DNA of 64,000 nt from Dictyostelium discoideum (lineage: Eukaryota), in assembly GCA_000004695.1 (NCBI GenBank), contig CM000154.2:2784001-2848000 (forward strand). Direction: 5' to 3'. Of this stretch, positions 1 to 14,101 are shown in pieces. Under the pieces are notes generated by a model. It was not told the origin of the DNA. It ran no database searches and saw nothing but the letters and a program-made list of their open reading frames with translations. Position numbers and translations under genes: made by a program. Numbering within the stretch: position 1 is the first letter of the stretch; each line of letters opens with the position of its first letter.

Positions 1-155
1 TTCATCGAGAGTAAACCTAGTATATATATAGTTTTAGATTTTTTTCTTTTTACTTTTTTTTTTTTTTAATATTAATAGTTGAGAAGTTACAGTTTTATTA
101 TAAGTTTTTTTAATTTTTATAAAAAAAAAAACAAAAAATAAAATGGGTGGCCAGG

Positions 156-165
<10 letters not shown>

Positions 166-229
<64 letters not shown>
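166..229. repeat. Homopolymer poly(A) tract of about 60 nt in an AT-rich intergenic region
   Basis: Direct reading: uninterrupted A run. Typical Dictyostelium intergenic DNA. Confidence 0.9.
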
Positions 230-232
<3 letters not shown>

Positions 233-662
233 AAAAAGAACAGACCCAAAAAAGTCAAAAAAAAATCAAAAAAAAACAGATCCCAAAAAAAAAAAACTTT
301 TTGAAAAAGTCCGGTCAAATTTTTGTAATTACAAAATCATTTTGAAATCATATTTTAATTTTTTTTTTTTTTTTTTTTTTAAAAGCTCATTTTAATACAA
401 ACAAAAAATAAATACTCAAAAAAAAATAAAAAAAAGTACATGTGTATATATTAATGATTCACAATTACAAATAATTTAAAATGGTTTAAATTAATAATTA
501 TCCCATATTATCTATTTTTTAAAAAAGAAGATAATTGATAAAAAACTAAAAAACAATGGATAAATTATTATTTTATTAGATATTATCTATTTTTAATTTT
601 TTTTTTTTTTTTTTTTTTTTAAAAGTATAGATAATTTTGAACACTATTTACAAGTTTATTTG

Positions 663-693
<31 letters not shown>

Positions 694-741
694 CTTTTTT
701 TTTTTTTTTTTTTTTGTTTGATTTTGATATTATTATTGTAT

Positions 742-1086
742 TTAAACATTATTGCAAATATTAGAGTTATCATTATCAATATCCATTTCAGTATTTGTGG
801 GTTTTATTTGGAAATCTTTTTCTGTGATGATTGTTGAAGTGGTCGCAGTAATAGTTGTTGTTGTTGAATCAGTTATTTCATTAATATCTCCGTTATAATT
901 ATTATTACCATTGTTATTTTCACTATTTCTACCATTAATATCATCACTACTAATATCGTCATTACAAACCATCTTTGATTTTTTAAAAGGGCTTTGACTA
1001 ATTATATCATTATCGTCCTCATTATCATCCCTATCATTATCATCACCTTGTTGACTAGGTATTGCTCTTTTTACATTAAATTTATT

Positions 1087-1133
<47 letters not shown>

Positions 1134-1341
1134 GCTGATTTATGATATTACTATTAGGACTAATTATTTTATTATCCATATTTGCGGCTATATTATTATT
1201 TTTATTATTATTATTATTACTATTATCATCGTTTTCATTAATATATTCTGGTAAAGCTTTCTTTATTGAATTAAAAACGGAAAGAAGTTGATCTTCCAAG
1301 AAATTAATTTTTTCATTCATCTTCATCATTGTTTCATGCAT
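742..1341 (-). CDS. Hypothetical Q/N/D-rich low-complexity protein. The 5' end is uncertain: a GTAAGT donor on the minus strand near 1501-1506 suggests a possible upstream exon.
   Basis: ORF of 199 aa. It contains a (CAA)n/(CAG)n-encoded polyQ stretch, an N-rich stretch and an acidic D/N/E-rich region. An intron-like segment lies at about 1432-1506 on the minus strand. The ORF upstream of 1507 has no ATG before the stop of the neighbouring gene, so the start is unresolved. Confidence 0.4.
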
Positions 1342-1710
1342 TTTTGTAAGTTTATCATTTCCAAAGCTTAATGGTACAATTTCATTTTTATCCTCAACAA
1401 TAATATTATTGTTTCCACCAACACTATAACTAAAAAAAGAAAAAGAAAAAACATTAGTTAACCTTTGTAAAAAAAAAAAAAAAAAAAAATCTTATAAAAT
1501 ACTTACTATGTTATTGAACCAATATCAACAACGAAATGATTATTTAAGATTTTGAATTTTTGTGATGTTTTGTTATATTTCCTTCCTAATGGCGAATTAC
1601 AATAACTACAATAAAATAGGGAATAAATACTTTTATAAAGAAAAAAAAAAAGAAAGAAAGAGTTAATATGAAAGATAATCAATTATCTTATTAAATAAGT
1701 ATTTATATAA

Positions 1711-2037
1711 TTACCAATCAGTTTCACCTCTATAAGTTGATGGTTTTTGATCACCTAAAATTACAGATCCTCCAAGTTTTTTCATTACAAAGGTGTTTGT
1801 TAATGTCATATACATATCACACTCGTGAGATTTATTAACGATTAATGTTGAATCACCAATTGGTGTTTTACAAGATAAGCAACTAAATATTAAAATAGAA
1901 TTTATAACCTCTTCCAATGTAGGTATTTCATTAAATTGTTCCTCTATTTGTTGTTCATTATTATCTTGTTGCTCCTCTTGTTGTTGATGACGATGATGGT
2001 GGTGACGATGTGACTTTGATGATGATCGGTGTTCTTC

Positions 2038-2072
<35 letters not shown>

Positions 2073-2502
2073 GATGATGATGGTGATGATGTGACTTTGA
2101 TGCTGATCGGTGTTCTTTTTTTTTTTTTGAGCTTGAACTTGATGTTGTTGTTTGTTGCTTTTGTGGTTTTGGTGTTGTTGTTGTTGATGATGATGATGAT
2201 GATGATGATATTACTTGTGGTTGTTGTTGTTGTGGTTCTCGTTCTTGTATTGATTGTGATTCCTTGTTAATGTTTAAATTAATTGGTGAAGCTGGTGATT
2301 TTTGATTATATTGTTGAAGGAATAACTTTTTATATGATGGTGGGGGTGGTTTATATGGTGTAGTTTGTGAATTGGAATTAATGGAATCTCTAACTTCATC
2401 GTCACTATCATCTCTACTACTTTTCTTATTACTACTCTCAATAGGGTGTGAAGTTTTTTGTAAACTTTTATTTTTATCTGTTGATCCAACTTTTTTATTC
2501 AT
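1711..2502 (-). CDS. Hypothetical low-complexity protein with polyQ, polyH and S/T runs and a C-terminal Cys/His cluster
   Basis: ORF of 263 aa. Compositionally coding with codon-level repeats (CAA/CAC/TCA). The C-terminal motif is FSCLSCKTPIGDSTLIVNKSHECDMY. No confident family assignment. Confidence 0.45.
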
Positions 2503-2978
2503 TTTTTTTTCTAAAAAAAGAAATAAAATAAAACCCTTTGTTATATTTAATTAAATTTAAAATTAAATATAATTTTTTAAAATTTAATTAAATTTAAAAT
2601 TAAAAAAAAAAAATGAAATGGGAAATAATTTTTTTTTTTGAAAATTGGAAAAAAAAAGAAAAAAAAAAAAAAATTGAACAAGCCAACCCGCGCTTTTTTC
2701 AAATAAATTTTTTTTTTTTTTTTTTATAAAAAAAAAGCCGAAATCTGGTAATTATAATTGATATCTAAATTTAAAATAGAAAATAAATAAAAAAAAGATA
2801 AAAATAAAAATAAAAAAAAAATAGAAAAAAAAAATTAAAAAAAAAAAAAAAATAAAAAAAAAAAAAAAAAAAAAGTAACAAATTCACCATATAAGTTCAC
2901 CTCGACAACTTCATACAATAAAAATTTCACAACAGTTTTTTTTTTTTTTTTTTTAAAAAAATTCAAATTTTTTTTTTA

Positions 2979-3018
<40 letters not shown>

Positions 3019-3283
3019 CCCAACGAATAAATAATTAAAGATATAAATATAATTTAATTATAATTTTGTTTTGTCATATATTTTATTTTTATTTTTTTTT
3101 TCCTAAAATATAAAAAAAAAAAAAAAAAATCTTTTTTTTTAAACTTCATAAAATTGTACTAAAATTATACAAAACAAAAATAACATTATTATTAAATAAT
3201 AACGCACGCACACAAACAAAATCCCACCTACAGCACAAATACCCTCCCACGTACCAATAATAAAAGCATAAATATAAATAAAA

Positions 3284-4587
3284 ATGGATATGTCAAAAAA
3301 GAAAAGTAAACGTGCATCTCCAATCGAATCAAGTCAAGAGGAGATTGCCATTTCAACAAGTAAAACAGCAACTACAGAAAAACCAAAGAAAACTAAAACC
3401 ACCACCAAAAAGAAGGCATCCCAACCATCACAAGAAGTTGTTATGGAAACTGAATCAGAAGTTGAAATTACAACTACCACCACATCCACATCCACAACCA
3501 ATAATAATAATATAACTACTACATCAACATCATCTCAACAAAGTAATGGTACATTATCATCATCGTCATCACCAACAATCCAATCAATACCAACAACACC
3601 AATTTCAAAATATATACCATCTCTTTCACAAATAGGTACACCATTATCACCAAATAGAGCAGCTCAACGTCTTAGAGAAAAGGATGAATTGAGTTTAATT
3701 CATAATAGATTGAAAAGTGCATTAAAGAAATTAGAGAGCGCAGAGACTGAATTAGAAAAGAAGAATCAAGAATATGAAGAACTCGACCAAAAACATACCG
3801 CCACAATCAAACAACTCAAACAACGTTCCGACCAAGTAGAGAAACAATTGATTGAAGAACAAAATCAAAACTCTGATCTCACCTCCAATCGTAACATTTT
3901 AGAGAATGAATTAAAGAGCAAAGAAAGTGTTTGGAAAAAAGAAAAGGATGAGATTTTATTGAAATTCCAAGAATCAATCAATAAACTCAATCAAGAGAAT
4001 TCATTAGCACAATCACAACTTAAATCTGAAATCGTCTCTAAGGAATATGAAATCGATGGCTTAAAATCTGAAATCAATCGTTTAAAGGATGATTTACAAT
4101 ATCGTATTCGTGAAGGTGAAGAAAAATCTAGAAAACTTTTGGAAAATGAATACAATAGATTTAAAGGTAAAGAAGAAGAATATAATCAATTAATTGTATC
4201 AAAAGATGAAGAAATTAAAAAATATAAATTTGAATTAAAAGAAAAAGTAATTATTAAAAAAAAAAAAAAAAATATATAATAATAATAGTTTTATTAATAA
4301 AATGTTTTTTTTTTTTATATATTATTATTTAATTATTTAAATAGGAAAAATCATCAAATGCAATGAATAAAAAAGAAAATGAATTAAATAATTTAATTCA
4401 AGCTCATGAAAGACAAATTGAAGATATGAGAGATAGTATTAATAGAGAATGGGAACTTAAAGCTGCTCAAATGATGGAAGAACATCATGCTAGAACTATT
4501 CACCTTCAACAAGCTGTTGATTCATTTAATGGTATGTTTTGATAAAATATAAAAAAATTAATTATTAATTATTAATTATTAATATAT

Positions 4588-4622
<35 letters not shown>

Positions 4623-5631
4623 AAAATTTTAACAGAGGAAAAAGAAAGAATTAAATCACAAATGGAAACATTAAATGGTCAAATTGAAGATATAAATATT
4701 AAAAATAATGAATATGAAGATAGAATTAAAGAGATGAATGTTTTACTTTCACAAAAGGATAATTCAATTGGTGAACTTGGTGTTGAAATTGAAGAATCAA
4801 AGAAGAAGATGAGAAAACAAATGGCTGATTTGAAATCCAAAGATGGTCAAATTGCTTTACTTCAAATTGAAATCAATACCAAAGATAACAAATGTAATAC
4901 TTTACAAACTGAAACCAATAGACTTAAATCTGAACTTTACTCTATTACCAATCAAATCGATCCAGAAATTCCACTTGATCCAGAGATTAACTCCCTCAAA
5001 GAATTGGTTAAAGGTTTTGAAAAGACCGTTGATGATCGTAAGAGAAAGAGATCAAAACTTCAACATGAATTCAATGCTGCTGCTAATCAAGATCAAAATG
5101 GTATGACCATTGAAGAACAATCCTCTACCTCTACTACTACCACCACTTCTGCCACTGGTTCTTCATCATCAACTTCACATTTGGATAATATTGACTCTAG
5201 TAAACTTCCAACTGGTCCAGAACAATCTGAATTATTTAATCCAGATACTGTATCCTTCTCTTTAGTTGATTCAAATCAAGAGTTTATTAAACTATCAGTT
5301 CATGGCGATATGGATAATGGTCTATCAATTAGTAAATGGAGATTAATTGTTGTCAAACCAGATGGTTCTAAATCTGGTTTCTCTTTCCCAGATGGTATTC
5401 AACCATTCAAAGGTATCAAATCTGTCACCGTTTGGACTGGTCGTCCAAGACCTCAAGGTACTCCAACTGAAAATGAATTCTATTGGGCTAGAACTGAATT
5501 ATGGACAAGTCCTGTCGAAGGTACCATTGTTAAATTAGTCTCACCAAGTGAAGAAACAACAACTGTCACTTTACCTGCTGATGGTATTTATCAAAAACCT
5601 TCTTCAGCTGGTAAATCAAATTGTTTGATTA

Positions 5632-5636
<5 letters not shown>
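3284..5636 (+). CDS. lmnB: Lamin-like nucleoskeleton protein NE81. CDS join(3284..4246,4345..4531,4636..5636), 716 aa.
   Basis: N-terminal S/T-rich head with a TPLSPNR (CDK1-type SP site) immediately before a long heptad coiled-coil rod (LSLIHNRLKSALKKLESAETELEKK...). A basic KRKR NLS-like segment follows, then a lamin-tail Ig-like domain (WRLIVVKPDGSKSGFSFPDGIQPFKG...). The C-terminus is the CaaX box CLIM. Introns are GT...AG (GTAATT...ATAG and GTATGT...ACAG) and frame-preserving. The 716-aa total matches the described Dictyostelium NE81. Confidence 0.9.
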
Positions 5637-5671
<35 letters not shown>

Positions 5672-6891
5672 AATAAATAAATAATAATAAATAATAATAA
5701 TAATAATAAATAATAATAAGAAATAAATAATAATATAATAAAAACAATAATCCCAAAATGCTTAATTAAATAAATAAAACAATTAAAAAAAAAAAAATAA
5801 AAAAATAAAAAATAAAAATAATAATTTTATATCTCAATATAGCCAATATTCGACCTAAATAATTTATTTTTAAAATTTTATTTTTAAACATACTATTAAT
5901 TCAAAATATACCATACTTTAATTTATTATTGTAAATTATTTATTTTTTATTTTTTTTTTTTTTTTTCATTTTGCACATGGAATACACAACCTTTTTATTT
6001 TTTTATTTTTATTAATTTATTTATTTATTTATTTATTTTATTTATTTTTTTTTCCAATAAAACACTAACAAAATAGCAATGGCTTTAAATTATATTAATT
6101 AAACTCAAACCCCCCCACACAATTATTAAAGATATTTTTACAATCTATTTTTAACGTTTTTTTTTTTTTTTTTTTTTTCTATTATTATTTTTTTTTTTTT
6201 TTTTTTTTAAAAATTTCGAATTAAAAATACAGACCAGTATCAAAAAAAAAATAAAAAAAAAAAAAAGTGAAATAAAAAATAAAAATGTTTTTACAATAAT
6301 TAAATTGATTGGGCACGTATTTTGATATTTTTATTTTTATGATCTAACCAAGATTCTTATAAGAACCAATTTGATTTTTATTTTTTTTTCCATTTTTTTT
6401 TTAAATCCCAGCAAAAAAAATAAGCAACACGCACTTTAGCCCAATAATTTATTTTTTAAAAAAATTTAGCTAGCAAACAACAACAAAAAATTTAAAAAAA
6501 ATAAAAATAAAATTTAAATTCACCACCTAAAGATTTTTTTCTTTTTTTTTCTATTGCCACTTTATGAGAAATTCCTTTTGAAAACCCAAAAAACGAGTTT
6601 ATTTGCATTAAAAAGATCCGGTTTTTATTTTATTTTTTTTTTTTTTATTTTTTATTTTATTTTTTATTTTATTTTTTTTTTAAGACACTTTAACCTACTT
6701 TTTTTTTTTTTTTTTTATACTTTTTTTTTTTTTTTTTTATTTTTAAAAAACTCTCCATCCAACAAAACAACATAAATTTTATTTTATTTTATAATTTTTT
6801 TTTTTTTTTTTTTAATCTTGTACCATATCCTTTTTTTTCTTTTTAAATAAAAATAAAATAAAAATATAAAAAAAAAATAAAAAAATTAAAA

Positions 6892-7056
6892 ATGAACTAT
6901 TTAAAACCAACAATATTTTTAATATTGTGTTTGGTCACATTTGTATATTCACAACCATCAACTTTAACAATTCAAGGAACAATTTTTGATCAACATCCAG
7001 GTAAGTAATCAAACTATAAAAAAAAAAAAAAAAGTGGTTGGATAAAATAAAATAAA

Positions 7057-7105
<49 letters not shown>

Positions 7106-7516
7106 AATAAATAAATAAATAATCAAAAAAAAAAAAATAAAATAAAATAAAATAAAATAAAAATAAAATAATAAATATTAATATTTTTTTTTTAATTTTT
7201 AATTTTTTTTTATTTTAAGATTATAATAACAATTTCGAACCAAAGGGAGGATCCATTAAAAAAAATTTAGTCTTAAAAACTCTTGGAAGTAGCAAAGTAC
7301 CAACTCTTGTTTCTTTAGATCCAGAGGATGATACAAATGAAGATGGTAGAATGATTACACCAAGCTTGTTCCAATACTTTTATCAAACATCATCAAAACC
7401 ATTAACCAAAAATTCTGGTGCAAATGTCCCAATTCCAATTAACCTTGTCTTGAATTACGATTCCAAAAAACAAGTTTATGTTTACAATGATCAATATTTT
7501 TTCCCAAGTAAGTTTT

Positions 7517-7570
<54 letters not shown>

Positions 7571-7579
7571 AGATTACTA

Positions 7580-7611
<32 letters not shown>

Positions 7612-9454
7612 AAAAAAGTTGATTACCAAGGATTTGATGTTGATTCAAAATATAGAACTTATAATAATGGTTCAGGATATCATAATTTCCATTTTTGTTT
7701 AAAATTGAATACTAAATTCACCTATCAAGGTATTGAAGATTTTTACTTTATTGGTGATGATGATGTTTGGGTATTCATTAATAACAAATTGGTTGTCGAT
7801 TTAGGTGGTTTACATAGTAGAGAAACTGGTTCAGTTGATGTAACTAAACTTGGTTTAACTAAAGGTTCAACTTATGATTTTGATTTCTTTTATTGTGAAA
7901 GACATACAACCGCTTCAACAATTAGAATTGAAACAAATTTACAAGTATTTTGTCCAGTAAGTATTTATTTATTAATTTATTTTTATTAATAAAATTAAAA
8001 TTTACTAAATCATAATATTTTATTTATTTATTTATTTATAGTGGTATGATTATTGTGGTGTTTGCTCAGGTGATGGCTCAACTTGTTGTAATAAAGATAC
8101 TACTTGTAATGATGGCAAGAAATGTACAATCGATGCATGTCCACCACCAAAAACTGTTATAAATAAAGCTGGTAGTAAAATTACTGATGCTGATATTGCA
8201 CCATATTGTAGCCATACTGATGTTTCATGTCCAGACCCAGATCTTTGTAATAATAACAATTGTGATGCTTCAACTGGTAACTGTAAAACTACACCAATAA
8301 CCTGTTCTAATCAAGATAGTAAATGTTTATTAGCCCAAACTTGTGATCCAAAATCAGGTTGTATCTATAAGAGTAAATGTACTGGTGTTTGTGATACTGG
8401 TGTTTGCGATGGTGGCGATTGTGTTCAAAAGTCAAACAGCACCTGTGCCAATGAACTTGGTAATAATCCATGTATGGTTTATTCATGTGGTAAGAATGGT
8501 TGTGAAGCCAAGCCAAAATGTCCACAAAATCCAAGTACCCCATGTGATGTTGCCTATTGTGATGCTGGTGAATGTAAAGTCCAACATTTGAGTGCCTCTG
8601 AATGTAATTGTGGTTGTGATGCCTCTGATTTATGCTCCAAAAATAATTGTGTCAATAATGTATGTGTTCCACTCCCAATCGATGGAATAGATGATGGCAA
8701 TGCTTGCACTAAAGATACTTGTGTAAATGGTAATATTTTCCACACACCAATTAACAAATGTTCAGGTTGTATGACTTGTAATCCAGTTTCTGGTAATTGT
8801 GATTTATCCGACACCGTTTGCCAAGATGGTAATGAATGTACTACCAATGTTTGTGAATCAAGTGATAGTGTCCTTGGTGTATGTACAAACTCAACAGTTG
8901 AATGCGGTGCTACCAACACTGATAAATGTATCCAATTCTCTTGTAATGAAGCCACCGGTTGCCAACAATCAGCTGTCGTTTGTCCAGATGTTGGTAGTTG
9001 TTTAGTTGGTTATTGTGATAGTAAACAAGGTTGTCTCACCAAACCAAGATCTTGCGATACTGGTGTTTTCTGTTTAACTGGTGAATGTATTGAAAATGCT
9101 GGTGGTTGTATCGTCTATGAAAAACGTTGTGATGCTGATAATGGAAGATGTCAACAAGGTGTATGTGTAAATAATACCGCCACTGAAGAAGGTTATTGTA
9201 AATCTGAAGACTATGATCCATTACCATTCATTTGTAAAACTGGTGCTGTCGTTTCAACTGCTGTCATTGCTGGTGTCACTGTCGCTGGTGCTGTTGCACT
9301 TGGTGTTTTCATTTATGGTGGTAAAAGAGGTTATGACTATTGGAAAGAATCAAGAAATGTTCAATTCAGTGGTTCAAATTCTAATCCACTTTATGAACAA
9401 AATCCAAATGGTTCTGGTGTAAATCCATTATATAATGATAATTCTGCATTATAA
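6892..9454 (+). CDS. psi-family cell-surface protein. Signal peptide, PA14-like domain, Dictyostelium CTDC cysteine-rich repeats, one TM helix and an NPxY cytoplasmic tail. CDS join(6892..7000,7220..7507,7619..7956,8042..9454), about 715 aa.
   Basis: Exon 1 encodes the signal peptide MNYLKPTIFLILCLVTFVYSQ. Exons 2-3 encode the PA14-like region (..FHFCLKLNTKFTYQGIEDFYFIGDDDVWVFINNKLVVDLGGLHSRETGS..CERHTTASTIRIETNLQVFCP). Exon 4 carries many repeats of about 24 aa of the form C..DGN.CT.D.C....C (CTDC type). Then comes the TM helix AVVSTAVIAGVTVAGAVALGVFIYGG and the tail with NPLYEQNP..NPLY. Three canonical GTAAGT donors. All phases are consistent. Confidence 0.8.
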
Positions 9455-9498
9455 AATAAAATTATGTCTATATAAATCCTTATTTATTCGAAATGTAA

Positions 9499-9572
<74 letters not shown>

Positions 9573-9703
9573 TTTTTTTTTGTTCCAATTTCCCCAATTT
9601 AAATTTAACCCAAAATTTTTTTTTTTTTTTTTCAAAAAAAAAAAAAGTTTTTTAAAAACTTTTTTTTTTTAAAAAAAAAAAACCTAAAAAAAAAAAAATT
9701 TCC

Positions 9704-9753
<50 letters not shown>

Positions 9754-10000
9754 CTATCGCACCATCCCCCACTTTTTATTTTTTTTATTTTTTTTTTAAA
9801 TTGTGATTTTTTTTTTTTTTTTTTTTCTTTCCAATGTAAATTTTATTACCCTTTATCACTACCATTTTTTTTTTTTTGTATTTTTTTGTATTTTTTTTAT
9901 CTACAGTTTACATTTTTTTATTTTCTGCCCTTCAGGGTTTATTTTTATATTAGTTTTATTTTTATATTAGTTTTATTTTTAGTTTCCCAAATTTAATCGG

Positions 10001-10065
<65 letters not shown>

Positions 10066-10821
10066 AAAAAAAAAAAAAAAAAAATTTAAAAAAAAAAAAA
10101 AAAATTTTTTTACTCCTTCACCATAACCAGCCTTAAATTTCACCAGTTACAAGACGTTGATAACTTTTTTATTTTATTTTATTTTATTTTTAATTATTTT
10201 AATTATTTTTTTGTCTTATTTTCACACCTTTACAGAGTAAACTTTTTTATCGGTCTTTTTTTATATTTCACCACCCATACACACACCCAAACATTGTGAT
10301 TATCTATTTGTGGTATTTCACTTTTTTTTATTTTTTTTTTATTTTTTTTTATTTATTTTTATTTTTTATGAAAGTATTTGTGGTGGTTATAAACAACAAT
10401 AACAATTTGTAATTATTAACAACATAAACTATTATTATAATAATAATAAAAACAAAAAAAAAAAAAAAAAAAACAAAAAAAACAAAACACCAATTTGCTT
10501 TTTTTCTTTTTCTTTTTTTTTTTTTTTCTCACTTATATCTTTTTTATTTTTAAAAATTACTTTCAATTTCATTGGTTAAAATTTATATCAATACTCATAA
10601 TAATAATAATATAGTAACAATAATAATAATAATAATATAAAAAAAAAAAATTAATAATAATAGTTTTAAAAATAATATAATATACTAACAATTATAATAA
10701 TAAAAAAAATAAAAAATAAAATAAAATAAAATAAATAAATAGAATTAAAAAAAAAAGTTAAAAAAAAAAAAAAAAAAAAGACAAAAAAAAAGACAAAAAA
10801 AAAAAAAAAAAAAAAAAAAAA

Positions 10822-13698
10822 ATGAAGTTTAGAGATCTTTTAAATGATCATATTATTAGTCATTGGAGAGATAAATATATTGATTATGAATATTTAAAGG
10901 ATTTAATAGATAGAGAATATCATAATGCACCAAATTCATTAAATAATAGTATGATGATTGATATGTCACAATCAATCAATAATACAATCGCCGAACAATA
11001 TAGTGTCAATGATATTTCATCAATGGTAACCAAAGGTGGTATAAATGATTCACCAACTACAGATATTGAAGTGGATGAAACTGCAGATAGTCCAGCTATA
11101 CCTTCACCAATTATAAGTCACAGTAATATTAATAGTAATAATAATAATAATGGTGGAACAAATAGTGTTGGATTTTCTCATCTTCATAGACAATTAAATA
11201 GACAAAATAGCAATCTTAAAAATAGTAGTAATAGTATTAATTTACTTAAAGCCGATGATTCAAATAATATTGAAAAACATGTAAAATCATATTTTGATCA
11301 AAGAAATAATAACAACAATATTAATAACATCAATAACAATAATAATAATAATAGTAATAATAGTAATAATAGTAATAATAATAAAACAATTAAAAATACA
11401 AGAAATATTATAGCAGATGATGATGGTGGTAATGAAGATACTACACTTGGATCACCATTTAGTTCACCATCAATTGGATCACCACCAATGTCATCACCAT
11501 CACCAAAGATGTTAAAACAAGAATTACATTCACCATTGTTAACATCAGAAAAGGATGAAGATGAAGAGGAAGAAGGAGAAGAAGAAGAAGATATTGAAAT
11601 GGAGCAATTGGAATTGGATGATCATGATAAAAATACAACTATCAATATGACAGCCAATGGTAGTAGAGGAAATTTACGTAAAGGAATGAATCAATTTGTT
11701 AAAACAATACCGCAAAATATAAAACAATTAAATAGTCAAATTAGTAATTCATTTTTAAAATTTGGTGGTATGGTTAAAGGCGATAAAAGTAATGATAAAA
11801 ATAATGATAAAAGCAATGATAAAAATAATAATAAAAATAATAAAAATAATAATAATAATAATAATTTAAATGATGAAGATAATTTTGATATGATGACATC
11901 ACAAATTGAAAAAGTATTAAATAATAAAGATAATATGAAATTAATGGAAAGTTGTACATTTACAACTAAAGAGAATTTTCAAACAGCATTTGTTGATCAA
12001 GTTAATAAGGTTGATTCATTTTTTGTTGAAAGATATAGAAAGACCAAAGAGAAATGTGTTGAACTTTGTAATATGATTCCATTTTTATCAACAAATGAAC
12101 AATTGAGAACAATTAGAAATATTGAATTTGTAAAACAAGGATTTCAAGACAATTATCATTATTTAGAATCATTGGAAGCATTTAAAGAATTGAATATTAA
12201 AGGTTTTAAAAAGGTATTGGAAAAGTATGAAAAAAAGAATCGTATAATTTCATCAGAATGTAGAAAATATTTAGAGAATACTAGAATCTTTGAAAATGAT
12301 AGTCCAGTTAGATTTTTATCACATAGAATTAAACATTTGTATGCACGTTATTTCACTGGTAATGATGTAAAGTTGGCATCCAATCAAATTAAAACCTATG
12401 CAGAGGATGAACGTTTTCAAAAGTATAATCTATTCACAATTGGTTTACTAATTGGTGTTTGCATTGTGTTGGGAATTCAAGTTGTATTCAATTACTATTA
12501 CTATTATCCACACGAACAACCACCAATCGATTCACCATTGGCATGGTTATTATTCCGTATTTCACTGCTACCCATTCTATTGGGTACAATGTTTTCATTG
12601 ATGTCGTTTATTTGGGAAAAGAGTGGTATAAATTATGTATTCATATTCGAGTTTAAACCTGACCATAAGAGATCGCCTGGACGTTATTTAAAGTATGGTT
12701 TAATTTTCAATACACTTTGGCTGTTGGCGTTAAATCTCTATATAGATTCATCATCTCATCAAAATACAACAAGATACTTGATTCTAATTCCAATAGTTTT
12801 CGTATTGATCACTTTGATCATCGGTATTCAACCATTTCCAATAATGGCACATCGTACTCGTTTTTGGGTTTTGAAGAAGATCGTCAAGGTAGTTTCAGCT
12901 CCATGGGTGCCTGTAAGATTTCCAGATTTCTTTATGAGTGTTCAGTTGCTAAGTCTTGGTGAATTCCTTTTCAATATTCAATCAATGGTTTGTGTTTTCA
13001 ACTATAGTGCATTGGATCCTGAAGAGGTGAAATTTTGTTCACAATCCCGTTTCTTTGCTTTACCAGTTTTAAATGCCTTACCATATTGGTGGCGTGTTGC
13101 TCAATGTTTTAGACGTTATTATGAAACTCGTCAATTCTTTCCACATATTACAAGTGCAATTCGTTCAATCTTTTCAATTATTGCATTGGTTTTAAATTAT
13201 ATTGCATTGGAATATTCTCAACATGATTGGAGTATTATCAAGATAGCTTGGTTTGGTATTAATGTGGTTGGTAGCTTTTATAAATTCTATGCCGATATGT
13301 CTGTAGATTGGGGTTTCTTTAATAATTATAAAACCAATCCTGCTTGGCCATTAAGAGAGAAATTGGTTTTCAAAAAAAAATGGATCTATTATGTTGCAAT
13401 CACTTTGGATTTCTTTTTAAGATTCACTTGGTTAATCATTTTCTCAATTAGAAAAGGCTCAAAACATAGACTTGACAATCCACTCTTTTTATTCTTTTTC
13501 TCTCTAACTGAAGTGGTTTGGGCAACACAATTCATTTTCTTCCGTGTTGAATCTGAACATGTTCAATCTCCAGATACCTATAGTTCTTTCCAAGATATTC
13601 CAATTCCATTCTCTCAAGAATATAATAATTATATGGATGAAAAGAAAAAAAGAAGAAAAAGAAAACAAAAACAATCAAAAAGCAATAATAACAACAAC

Positions 13699-13731
<33 letters not shown>

Positions 13732-14064
13732 CGTCTTCATCATAATGATAGTAGTAATAATGTTGAAACTGATGAAACTATTACTTCTTCAAATAATACT
13801 GATAGTAGTCATCAAAAACAACCTCTAACTCATAATCGTCATCATAATCATAATCATAATCATCAAGATCATCATGATCTTTCTATTAATGATCATATGA
13901 ATCCTGATACTGGTGATATTAATTTCGATTCAAAAATCGATTATAAAGATGATGAAGCTTATAATTTAAGACAATCATCACTACGTACTTCAATTTCTCG
14001 TAATGCTTCCCATGTAGATTTAGGTCGTGTTTCTTCTCATAATGATTTAAATATAAGTAGAGGT

Positions 14065-14067
<3 letters not shown>
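10822..14067 (+). CDS. SPX and EXS domain-containing protein (XPR1/PHO1-like phosphate exporter family), single exon, 1081 aa
   Basis: N-terminal SPX signature MKFRDLLNDHIISHWRDKYIDYEYLKDLI. Multiple TM helices follow. The C-terminal EXS-type region is (..ALPYWWRVAQCFRRYYETRQFFPH...WGFFNNYKTNPAWPLREKLVF..FFLRFTWL..). There are large N/S-rich insertions and a His-rich tail. The uninterrupted ORF is flanked by poly(A) and poly(T) tracts. Confidence 0.8.

Positions 14068-14101
<34 letters not shown>

Noticed and set aside
34-395. ORFs 34..318 (-) and 147..395 (+), which encode poly-F and poly-K
   Set aside because: Translations of a poly(A)/poly(T) tract of about 60 nt. There is no codon structure. 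Intergenic.
637-1254. ORFs 637..837 (+) and 994..1254 (+), rich in I, L and F
   Set aside because: AT-rich non-coding DNA, or antisense to the 742..1341 gene. Composition is homopolymeric.
2010-2554. ORFs 2010..2270 (+), 2274..2489 (-) and 2372..2554 (+), which overlap the 1711..2502 gene
   Set aside because: Alternative-frame or antisense readings of a CAA/CAC repeat-rich coding region. The minus-strand 263-aa frame is the only one with protein-like composition.
3312-5538. Short ORFs nested in the NE81 exons: 3312..3515, 4843..5106 and 5347..5538
   Set aside because: Out-of-frame ORFs inside a well-supported CDS.
6554-7126. ORFs 6554..6775 (+) and 6935..7126 (-)
   Set aside because: T-run and A-run translations in the promoter and first intron of the psi-family gene.
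8050-9422. Multiple ORFs overlapping the psi gene's exon 4 on either strand: 8050..8259, 8307..8543, 8343..8591, 8554..8955, 8799..9005, 9036..9227 and 9213..9422
   Set aside because: They lie antisense or out of frame to a Cys-repeat CDS. The sense frame (8042..9454) has the periodic Cys pattern, a TM helix and a stop followed by poly(A).
11774-13828. Internal ORFs of the SPX-EXS gene: 11774..11959, 12459..12656, 12717..12962 and 13544..13828
   Set aside because: Out of frame or antisense to a continuous 1081-aa ORF.
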